Part shown: piece after piece, positions 39,012-47,265 of the stretch
How positions within the stretch are numbered: the first letter of the stretch is position 1
Layout: each line of letters opens with the position of its first letter
Virus record (IMG/VR): IMGVR_UViG_3300042465_006773
Source of the DNA: a virus
Strand: one strand, 5' to 3'
DNA length: 64,000 bases
The notes under the pieces: generated by a model
Database searches by the model: none
Seen by the model: the letters and a program-made list of their open reading frames with translations, nothing else
Told to the model about the DNA's origin: nothing
Translations under genes and position numbers: made by a program

Positions 39012-40756
39012 GATTCTTTGGGTTCTTGTATGTATTATTTTTATTACCAATATTTGTTTTTTCTCAAAACATAAGCGCACCATCATCCACCAATTTTTCT
39101 CAAAATTTATCTAATCAAAATGCGAGTGGATTTTCAATATCAAATTTTAACACAAGCGCAACTTTACTTATTACAATTGGTTTAGTAAATCCACCGGCCG
39201 GTACTACTCTTTCGTTAATAACAACAACAGGATTATCTTTAAGTACAGGTTATTCTTCTTGGTCAAATTTTACAAGAATTAGTTTTACGGGTATTCAATC
39301 AAATATTAACAACGCTTTAAGTTCGTTAAAATTAAACACAGGTTCTTTACCGGGTAATGTTTACATCGCGGTAACCGCAACCGTAAATCCAACGGGATAT
39401 TATTATTTACCAACAAACGGACACTTTTATAGACCGATGTCTTGGCCAGCGGGTAATTCAGGAACAAGTAATTCGATATATGAAAATATAAAAACATTAT
39501 CAACACAACAAACATTTAAAGGACAAACCGGGTATTTGTTAACGATTACATCTCAAGATGAACAAAATTTTGTTCAGTCAAACGTACCGGGTAATAATAT
39601 TTTATTTTCATTAACAGACGTTGGTCAAGAAGGTGTTTGGAGAATAGATGCCGGACCTGAAAATGGTACAATAATAAAAACATCAAATTCGGGCGGAAAC
39701 GTTGCGGGTAGATATAACAATTGGTGTGGTGGTGAACCAAACAATTGGGGTAGTGGTGAAAACTATGCAGTTACTAAATGGGGTGGTGGTAATTGTTGGA
39801 ACGATTTTGGTCCACCTGCATCATCTTTTCCTGGTTCAATAAGTGGTTATGTTGTTGAATTTGGAACGTGGTCAGACCCCGCAAATCAAAATTTCACAGA
39901 TTTTTTTACAGGATTTGTTACACATCAAATTACTTGTACACCATCACAAGAACCACCAAAACCCATTGCAGTAAACGGTAGTAGAACGGGTAGTGGTACT
40001 GTGACAATATCAGCAACAGTTGGTCCCGGTCAAACTGTTGATTGGTATAATAATTTAACAGGGGGTAACCCAATATTAGTTGGTAATACCACTTTTACGA
40101 CACCAGTTATTTCTCAAACAACAAAATATTATGCTCAGTCAAGAAATACGTCAACGGGTTGTGTTAGTTCAACAAGAACAGAAGTCACGGCAACAGTTTC
40201 AATTTCAGAAACAATAAGTGGGACAATAACTATTCCTAATAATATAACAAATAGACCACAATTAAAATTTTATCTTGTTGAGAATAATTTAGAAACATTA
40301 ATACAGACCATAAACGTTAATTCAAATGGTTCATATACTTTGAACCCAACAAAACACAATTCAACATACAAAATAGTTCCAACGTTTTTTGATTCATTAA
40401 CAAATAACGATTTTAATTTATTATTTAACGAATCTAAAAATGAAAATACACCAAATCAATTACCCATTGGTTTGGTTTTAAATAATGGAAAAAAAATGAT
40501 TTCGGGTGATATTAATAATGATGGAAAAATAACAATTGTCGATGCCTATCTATTGGCATCAAGAATATCGGGAATGATTTATTTTAACGAAACGGTATGG
40601 TATTACGAAAATGATTATAATTTAATAGGTATTGGTAATTTTAATTCAATACCTAATTACCGACAATTTATTGTTAATTTTGGGACATCCAATATTATTT
40701 TAAATTTAAAATATATTGTTAAGGGAGACTGCGATTTGTCAATATCCTCTTATTGA
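39008..40756 (+). CDS. Exported protein: C-type lectin + Ig-like + dockerin-like domains
   Basis: GYLLTITSQDEQNF, NWCGGEPNN, WND (lectin); VDWY..LTGG...FTTP...YYA (Ig-like); GDINNDGKITIVDA (dockerin-like). Confidence 0.8.
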   Translation: MRFFGFLYVLFLLPIFVFSQNISAPSSTNFSQNLSNQNASGFSISNFNTSATLLITIGLVNPPAGTTLSLITTTGLSLSTGYSSWSNFTRISFTGIQSNINNALSSLKLNTGSLPGNVYIAVTATVNPTGYYYLPTNGHFYRPMSWPAGNSGTSNSIYENIKTLSTQQTFKGQTGYLLTITSQDEQNFVQSNVPGNNILFSLTDVGQEGVWRIDAGPENGTIIKTSNSGGNVAGRYNNWCGGEPNNWGSGENYAVTKWGGGNCWNDFGPPASSFPGSISGYVVEFGTWSDPANQNFTDFFTGFVTHQITCTPSQEPPKPIAVNGSRTGSGTVTISATVGPGQTVDWYNNLTGGNPILVGNTTFTTPVISQTTKYYAQSRNTSTGCVSSTRTEVTATVSISETISGTITIPNNITNRPQLKFYLVENNLETLIQTINVNSNGSYTLNPTKHNSTYKIVPTFFDSLTNNDFNLLFNESKNENTPNQLPIGLVLNNGKKMISGDINNDGKITIVDAYLLASRISGMIYFNETVWYYENDYNLIGIGNFNSIPNYRQFIVNFGTSNIILNLKYIVKGDCDLSISSY

Positions 40757-41088
40757 TGATTTGTATTAAGTTTATTATATAAAGTTAATATTTGTTCACA
40801 GTATTCATATTCTTCTTTATCTTCAAAGAAGGGTAAAATGTCTCTAATTAAAACAAAACACTCTTTTTTGTTGAATTTTAATTCAGTTTCCCATTGAAGT
40901 CCGTTAATTTTTGCGGATAATAATAATATGACGTTTTCTTTATCTTTTCTATTTATACTTTTAAAAGATAATACAACATTTTTATATATTTCTTCTTTGT
41001 TTTTTAAATAAAATTCAGGGAAGTCTTCATACGATTCGTCGATTTTTAGTTTCTTAATTATCGTGTCCTTTGGTTTGTCTTGATACAT
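40750..41088 (-). CDS. Hypothetical protein with UVR-like C-terminal motif
   Basis: FFEDKEEYEYCEQI; promoter TATATTTG at 41107-41114 favours ATG 41088. Confidence 0.6.
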   Translation of the reverse strand: MYQDKPKDTIIKKLKIDESYEDFPEFYLKNKEEIYKNVVLSFKSINRKDKENVILLLSAKINGLQWETELKFNKKECFVLIRDILPFFEDKEEYEYCEQILTLYNKLNTNHQ

Positions 41089-41152
41089 TGCACTATCTGT
41101 TTTAATCAAATATACGAATCATAAGACTCATATCAAAATTTTTTTATTAACA

Positions 41153-41611
41153 TTATTGGGTATGGTCTATTTTAACCCTAACACAAGATTGTTCTTGTCT
41201 TTCTCTCATTAAAAAATTATTGATATACCCCATAATGTTAGATGCCCCAACTGGGTTCGCTGAATGTGTATAAACCTGTGGAAAGTTAATCGGGGTATTC
41301 CTTTTCTCCATAGATGACATCTTTTCTCTATTTTGAGAAAAATTATCGTAGTAGTGATTTATTAACCATTTAGCACAATCATATCCTGTTTTTTCTTTAA
41401 TATTCTCATAATTTAATTGTCCGTTTGGGTAAACATTTGAATAGAATTCCTCCATCGCACTATCACCTAAATCATGGTCAAGAGATATTATGTCAATATT
41501 CTCTAATCCAATTTTTGTTACTGTTTTTACAAAATCATCGTAATTTCTTACAACAATCCAATCTGTATTAATTGGTGTACGGATATCGTCTAAATAAATT
41601 TTAACTTTCAT
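41153..41611 (-). CDS. Cyclic-phosphate-processing receiver-like domain protein
   Basis: IYLDDIRTP, ISLDHDLGD, TGYDCAKWL, HSANPVG. Confidence 0.75.
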   Translation of the reverse strand: MKVKIYLDDIRTPINTDWIVVRNYDDFVKTVTKIGLENIDIISLDHDLGDSAMEEFYSNVYPNGQLNYENIKEKTGYDCAKWLINHYYDNFSQNREKMSSMEKRNTPINFPQVYTHSANPVGASNIMGYINNFLMRERQEQSCVRVKIDHTQ

Positions 41612-42668
41612 CTTTTTTAAATGGTTTAGAATATGTTGGTCGTATTAATTTCCAAATTTTGCTTGAGTAGTCTTTACCATCTAACATACTAAATAATAAA
41701 TATGGGTACTTATATTTTTTAGTATATTCAGCAAATACCGCTCTATTTTCACCGTTTGAACTTCTACTAATTACTTTGAAAATACACTTGTATTCTTTTT
41801 CTATTTTTTCGTATTGATTTAACAATTCGTTTTTAGTGTCTCTAACCCAATTATAAAATTCATCGGGTACTTTATCAAGAATTTCATCAAAAGAAATATT
41901 ATCTCTTAAAGATTCCCAAATATCGATATTTGAAACATTCGTTAAAATTCTATGTAAACGAACATACTCTTCAAACTTTATTTTCATTCTAAAATTTGAA
42001 GGATAAAATCGAATAACAAACCCCTCTCTATTTGGGGTATTTAGTTTTTTATATGTATCAAAAGTTTCTTTCCCAAAAGTTATCATGGTACTTTCCACAA
42101 TATCTTCTTCTTTAATTTCTGATGAATTAAAAATTGCTCGGGCAGTATACCAATTCAGTTCACCTTCAGGTGACGTTACCGATAAAAAAGTAACCTTATC
42201 GTGTTCGTAACTGACTACAATTCTATTCTCCGAATAGATTATTTCTAATAAATAAGTAAATCCCTTAACAAATTTTGATAAATCATATTTTGATTTAAGA
42301 ATATTAAAACCACGAATAGATTGTTCTGAGGTAAACGAACCTCTTGTCGCCATTATCCACTCATCATCATAATTAAATAAAATACCAAGAGACCCGTCCA
42401 TTTTTTCTTGAACATAAGCATATTCACTATTCCAAGGAATTAAATCTTTATGAATAACCTCTTCGTAATTAAAAAATTTACCAAACGGTTTGGCAACAAT
42501 ATCACCTTTTGAATTAGTAATGAGACCACGACACTGCATGGTGATATCATCCCAAAGAGATTCATACTGTACTTTGGGGGTATAGTTCCAAATGCACAAA
42601 TCTTTGGTAGGATGGATTTGTTTCATTAATAAACCATCTTCGTGGTATTTTTTAAGTGTTTCTATCAT
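41601..42668 (-). CDS. RNA ligase, T4 Rnl1 (RnlA) family
   Basis: CRGLI, KFFN, EKMDGSL (motif I), ATRGSF, EGFVI, MKIK. Confidence 0.9.
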   Translation of the reverse strand: MIETLKKYHEDGLLMKQIHPTKDLCIWNYTPKVQYESLWDDITMQCRGLITNSKGDIVAKPFGKFFNYEEVIHKDLIPWNSEYAYVQEKMDGSLGILFNYDDEWIMATRGSFTSEQSIRGFNILKSKYDLSKFVKGFTYLLEIIYSENRIVVSYEHDKVTFLSVTSPEGELNWYTARAIFNSSEIKEEDIVESTMITFGKETFDTYKKLNTPNREGFVIRFYPSNFRMKIKFEEYVRLHRILTNVSNIDIWESLRDNISFDEILDKVPDEFYNWVRDTKNELLNQYEKIEKEYKCIFKVISRSSNGENRAVFAEYTKKYKYPYLLFSMLDGKDYSSKIWKLIRPTYSKPFKKDES

Positions 42669-43048
42669 ATAGAAAATTCAAAACGTTTCTTCATTATTTC
42701 TAATCTATCTTCTGGTACTCCGTGTAAATTCAAACCTCCATGTCGATTTTCAACAATAATGGAATGTACCCTGTAACCAAATTGATTAGCCATTTCATAG
42801 TAAGAATCCATTTCCCATTTTTGAGTGAAAGTATTAGATACAATGATAAGTGGTTTTTCCAACAACATCCAATCCGAAACTTGATTCCTACACCATTCGT
42901 GTGCTATTTTTAATTTTGACCCGTCAAAGTGATATTCACCGTCTTTCATAAAGTACATATCCGCTTCGATATGTTCACCATCTAAAAGTTTCGCTAACGT
43001 TGATTTACCTGACCCAGGTAATCCTCTTAAAAGTAACAGTTCTTTCAT
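42665..43048 (-). CDS. Stand-alone polynucleotide kinase-like P-loop kinase (AAA_33)
   Basis: LRGLPGSGKSTLA, EADMYF, AHEWC, VSNT, HGVP; start at ATG 43048 downstream of promoter 43063-43070. Confidence 0.85.
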   Translation of the reverse strand: MKELLLLRGLPGSGKSTLAKLLDGEHIEADMYFMKDGEYHFDGSKLKIAHEWCRNQVSDWMLLEKPLIIVSNTFTQKWEMDSYYEMANQFGYRVHSIIVENRHGGLNLHGVPEDRLEIMKKRFEFSI

Positions 43049-43086
43049 TTTATTTGTTTTTACAAATATACGAAAAAAAAACCAAT

Positions 43087-43115
43087 AAAAAACCCCCAAC
43101 GGAGAGTTGGGGGTC
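43087..43115 (-). terminator. Intrinsic terminator (end of sRNA B / clpC transcript)
   Basis: On minus: ACCCCCAAC-TCTCC-GTTGGGGGTTTTTT. Confidence 0.85.
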
Positions 43116-43180
43116 ATGGTCATTTTGTGGTTTCAACACCACTAACTAAAACGAGAGGAATCGGCAAAGATTTCCTATTT
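43087..43180 (-). ncRNA. Candidate small RNA B, complementary to sRNA A
   Basis: ATATTTAT at 43186-43193(-); hairpins AGGAAATC-TTTGCC-GATTCCT and GTGGT-GTTGAA-ACCAC; terminator; block complementarity to 30255-30320. Confidence 0.5.
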
Positions 43181-43220
43181 GATATATAAATATATATACT
43201 TTTACAAAAAGTCAAGGTAT

Positions 43221-45239
43221 TTAGCTTCTTTTTTTAATTATTTTTATTTCACCGTCTTTAAACTTCAGTAAAATGTTTTGATTTTCAGACACCTCACCTC
43301 TTAGTATTTTTTCACTTAAAAAGTCCTCACACAAGTTTTGTATGATTCTCTTTACTGGTCTAGCCCCGAAATCTTCTTGGGTATTCAATTCAGAAATCCT
43401 ATCAACAATTGATGAATCAAATGAAACTTTATAATTTTTTAGTGTGAGTCTTTTTTTAAGTTTCTCTAATTCAAGTTCGATTATTTTGTGGATACTTTCT
43501 TTTACGAGAGGATTAAAACTAATGATATCATCCACCCGATTTAAAAATTCAGGATTAAAGTATTGCTTCAAAGATTTTTGAACAATTAATTTTTTTACTT
43601 CCTCATTTTGAGTATTACTAAAAGATGTTTCAAATCCGAGACCCTTACCAAAATCAGAAACTTTTTTTGCTCCAATGTTAGAGGTCATGATAATTATTGC
43701 ATTTGAAAAACTAACTTTCCTTCCAAAAGAATCTGTAAGGTGTCCTTCATCTAAAATTTGTAATAGTATATTGAACACGTCTTTATGGGCCTTTTCTATC
43801 TCATCAAATAAAACCACAGAAAAGGGGTTGTGTTTAATTTTTTCAGTCAACTGACCACCTTCATCATATCCAACATACCCAGGAGGTGCACCAATCAATT
43901 TTGCAACATTGTGTTTTTCCATGTATTCACTCATATCAACCCGAATAACTTTATTTGGGTCATTAAACAATATCTCTGCAATTGATTTTGCTAAGTAAGT
44001 TTTACCAACACCTGTTGACCCTAAAAAGATAAAGGAACCAATTGGTTTATTGGTGTCTTTAATTCCAACTCTGTTTCTTCGTATTGATTTTGATATAATT
44101 GAGATTGCCTCATCTTGACCAATAACTTTAGATTTCAATTTTTCTTCTAAATTTAAAAGATTGTCAGTTTCAACAACATCAACTTTAGATATAGGAACAC
44201 CGACAATTTGGGATACCATTTCATATACATCATCTATTGAAATTGGTATTTTACTATCTTTTTGTGTTTCCAACCATTTTTCTTTTTCTTCTTGTAGTTT
44301 TGATAAAACCTTTTTTTCTTCATCTCTTAACTTAGCCGCTTGTTCATATTGTTGATTTTTTACTACCTGAATCTTCCTCATTTTTATATCATCGGACTCT
44401 TTTTTAAGTTTTTCAATTACTTCAGGTATTTTAGAGTTTATTTTTTTATCGGAACCAAGTTCATCTAAAACATCAATTGCTTTGTCAGGAAATTGTCTAT
44501 CTGTTATGTACTTTGAAGACAAGGTAACGATTGTAGATAAAACATCATCACTATAATGAACTTTATGAAAATCTTGATATGAATTTCTAAGATTTTTTAA
44601 TATTTGAACTGTTTCATCGGCCGATGGTTCCTTTAAAACTATTTTTTGAAATCTTCGTACAAGTGCACCGTCTTTTTCAATGTTTTTTTTGTATTCATCA
44701 AAAGTGGTTGCACCAATACATTGAATCTCACCTCTAGCCAATGCGGGTTTTAATATATTGGCAACATCCATTGAACCACTTGCGTTACCGGCACCGACCA
44801 TCGTATGCATTTCATCAATAAACAATATTACATTTGGTTCATTTTGTAACTCATTTAAGATTGCTTTAATCCTTTCTTCAAACTGACCCCTGTACTTTGT
44901 TCCTGCAACCAAAGACGTTAAATCCAACGATAATAATTTTTTATCCAATAGATTACTTGGACAATCTCCATTGACTATTTGTAATGCTAATTTTTCAACC
45001 AACGCCGATTTACCAACACCAGCATCACCAACAATTATTGCATTATTTTTTTTCTTTCGGGCTAAAATTTGGGCAATTCTTTTGACTTCTTTTTCTCTAC
45101 CAACAACGGGGTCAATTTTACCTTCTTCCGCTAATTTATTTAAGTCCCTTGAAAAATTATCAAGAACCGGTGTAGTTGAACTTTTTTTTGTTTTTTTGGA
45201 ACTCGATGGGTTCCCATCTTCGAAAAAATCTACTGACAT
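43221..45239 (-). CDS. clpC: ClpC-like AAA+ unfoldase lacking the N-terminal Clp-repeat domain
   Basis: GDAGVGKS and GSTGVGKT Walker A, FIDE and LFDEIEK Walker B, UVR middle domain (QQYEQAAKLRD), GAPPGYVGY, LGF ClpP-docking loop. Confidence 0.9.
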   Translation of the reverse strand: MSVDFFEDGNPSSSKKTKKSSTTPVLDNFSRDLNKLAEEGKIDPVVGREKEVKRIAQILARKKKNNAIIVGDAGVGKSALVEKLALQIVNGDCPSNLLDKKLLSLDLTSLVAGTKYRGQFEERIKAILNELQNEPNVILFIDEMHTMVGAGNASGSMDVANILKPALARGEIQCIGATTFDEYKKNIEKDGALVRRFQKIVLKEPSADETVQILKNLRNSYQDFHKVHYSDDVLSTIVTLSSKYITDRQFPDKAIDVLDELGSDKKINSKIPEVIEKLKKESDDIKMRKIQVVKNQQYEQAAKLRDEEKKVLSKLQEEKEKWLETQKDSKIPISIDDVYEMVSQIVGVPISKVDVVETDNLLNLEEKLKSKVIGQDEAISIISKSIRRNRVGIKDTNKPIGSFIFLGSTGVGKTYLAKSIAEILFNDPNKVIRVDMSEYMEKHNVAKLIGAPPGYVGYDEGGQLTEKIKHNPFSVVLFDEIEKAHKDVFNILLQILDEGHLTDSFGRKVSFSNAIIIMTSNIGAKKVSDFGKGLGFETSFSNTQNEEVKKLIVQKSLKQYFNPEFLNRVDDIISFNPLVKESIHKIIELELEKLKKRLTLKNYKVSFDSSIVDRISELNTQEDFGARPVKRIIQNLCEDFLSEKILRGEVSENQNILLKFKDGEIKIIKKRS

Positions 45240-45390
45240 ATTTTGTTTTTTATACAAATATAAGGGATTTCATGATAAAAAACAAATATATGACAAAATA
45301 ACCTAAAAAAGAAAAAAAGTATGACAATATGTCAGTTTGTGTAATTTGGAATCTTTTTTGTATAAACATATTCAAATAAAAAAATATAAT

Positions 45391-45762
45391 ATGTTAACAC
45401 TTTACAGAGACCCATTCAAAGACGTATTAGATACGTTTTTTGAAAAACCATCTCTATTTAGGGATGGTCAGAGTAAAATCGTTACAAGAGATGATGAATA
45501 TCAAATCCACCTCTCTGTACCGGGATTGACAAAAAATGATTTGACAATTTCGGTAAAAGATGGTTTGATTTCCATTTCTTATAAAAAGGAAGAAACGGAT
45601 GACAAAAATTATTCGTTTGTCAATTCGTTTAAAAAAACTTATTTGATACCAGAAGATGTATCTGAAAAGGATATTTCGGGAAAGGTTGAGAATGGTATTT
45701 TACAAATAACTCTTCCGAAGAATAAGAAAAAATCATTGGAACGATTTATCTCTTTAAATTAA
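45391..45762 (+). CDS. Small heat-shock protein (Hsp20/alpha-crystallin)
   Basis: VPGLTKNDL, ISGKVENGILQITLPK. Confidence 0.9.
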   Translation: MLTLYRDPFKDVLDTFFEKPSLFRDGQSKIVTRDDEYQIHLSVPGLTKNDLTISVKDGLISISYKKEETDDKNYSFVNSFKKTYLIPEDVSEKDISGKVENGILQITLPKNKKKSLERFISLN

Positions 45763-45765
45763 AAC

Positions 45766-45792
45766 AAACCCCGAATCGATTCGGGGTTTTTT
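45766..45792 (+). terminator. Intrinsic terminator
   Basis: AAACCCCGAAT-CG-ATTCGGGGTTTTTT. Confidence 0.85.
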
Positions 45793-45830
45793 ATTTGATA
45801 TTTATTATGTATATTACTAAACAAAAAAAA

Positions 45831-46178
45831 ATGAAAGTAATAATTGCTGGTGGTCGTGATTTTAACAATTACGAACTTTTAAAAGAAAGGTGTGATTATT
45901 TTTTACAAAATCAAACCGACATAGAAATTGTAAGTGGTAATGCTAACGGTGCAGATAAATTGGGTGAACAATATGCCATTGAAAAAAATTATTCATTAAA
46001 AATTTTTAAAGCGGAATGGGATAAATATGGTAAATCAGCGGGAATGATTAGAAATACGGAAATGTCAAATTACGGTGACACTTTGATTGCATTTTGGGAT
46101 GGAAAAAGTAAAGGAACGTCACACATGATAAATGAATCAAGAAAAAAAAATCTAAAAGTTAGAGTAATAAATTATTAA
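45831..46178 (+). CDS. SLOG family protein (DUF2493/YspA-like)
   Basis: IIAGGRDF, IVSGNANGAD, AGMIRN, AFWDGKSKGT. Confidence 0.85.
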   Translation: MKVIIAGGRDFNNYELLKERCDYFLQNQTDIEIVSGNANGADKLGEQYAIEKNYSLKIFKAEWDKYGKSAGMIRNTEMSNYGDTLIAFWDGKSKGTSHMINESRKKNLKVRVINY

Positions 46179-46179
46179 T

Positions 46180-46425
46180 ATGGGAATTACATCAGAAAAA
46201 ATCGAAGGAAATATTATTGAAGTTCAAATTTCTTCTTCAAACCTTAAAAGTGCCAAATATAATACCGAGGAAAAAAATCTTTTGGTTGAATTTAATAATG
46301 GCTCTATTTATGAATATGAGGACGTACCATGGGAAACTTTTGTAAAATTACGAATGGCAGAATCTCAAGGTAAATATTTTAATTCAAGTATATCAAAAAC
46401 ATATAAATACAAGAAAATAACATGA
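46180..46425 (+). CDS. KTSC domain protein
   Basis: SSNLKSAKY...LLVEFNNGSIYEYEDVP...AESQGKYFN. Confidence 0.9.
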   Translation: MGITSEKIEGNIIEVQISSSNLKSAKYNTEEKNLLVEFNNGSIYEYEDVPWETFVKLRMAESQGKYFNSSISKTYKYKKIT

Positions 46426-47192
46426 GTTTGATTGATGAACTTTTTGAAAAATCCGATAAGAAAATCGTAAAATCATTTACGCCAAAGAGTTCGTTATGTA
46501 ATAAAATTTTTAATTTAGAGGGTGAACCGTCTTTAAAAGAAGAAGTAAGAAGTAAACTATTGGAAGTAACCAATGAATTTTTAGAATATTTAGGTATAGA
46601 ATTTTTTGTTTATGATGTTCATTTAACAGGTTCTTTGGCCAATTATAATTGGTCAACATATTCCGATTTAGATATACACATAATAGTCGATTTAGATGAA
46701 TTTAGTAATGGGAAGGAAAAAACAACAACTTATAATGAAATTGTTAGAGAGTTTTTTGAATTGAAAAAGAAATTATGGTCGACAACAAATGATATTAAAA
46801 TAAAGGGCCATGAAGTTGAGTTATATATCGAGGATATCGATGATAAAGGAGTTTCGACTGGTATATATTCCATTTTAAATAATGATTGGATTAGAAAGCC
46901 AGAAAAAAATGAAACAAATATAGATGAAAAAAAAATATTACAAAAAGGTGAAGAGTATGGGAAATTAATTGATGATATATTCAATCGTGCAAAAAATGGT
47001 GAAAATGTTGTAAAAGAGGTTGATGAGTTAAAAAACAAATTGAAAAGATTTAGACAGTCTGGTTTAGAAAGTGGTGGAGAGTATTCTTATGAAAATTTAA
47101 CATTTAAGTTATTAAGAAGAAACGGATTTATTGACAAACTTTTTAAAATAAAAACATACGTTAGAAGTAAAAAATTGTCTTTACCACAGTAA
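46422..47192 (+). CDS. Pol-beta superfamily nucleotidyltransferase
   Basis: LTGSLANYNWSTYSDLDIH (GS...DxD) plus VELY third acidic residue. Confidence 0.8.
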   Translation: MSLIDELFEKSDKKIVKSFTPKSSLCNKIFNLEGEPSLKEEVRSKLLEVTNEFLEYLGIEFFVYDVHLTGSLANYNWSTYSDLDIHIIVDLDEFSNGKEKTTTYNEIVREFFELKKKLWSTTNDIKIKGHEVELYIEDIDDKGVSTGIYSILNNDWIRKPEKNETNIDEKKILQKGEEYGKLIDDIFNRAKNGENVVKEVDELKNKLKRFRQSGLESGGEYSYENLTFKLLRRNGFIDKLFKIKTYVRSKKLSLPQ

Positions 47193-47265
47193 ATAAAACA
47201 ATTTTTTTACTATATGTGTGTATTTATTAATAAACAAATAATAATATTTATTAATTTATAAAAAA

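Noticed and set aside
43049-43123. N-terminal extension of the kinase ORF (MTMTPNSPLGV...)
   Set aside because: It runs through a terminator hairpin and a promoter; the real start is most likely ATG 43048.
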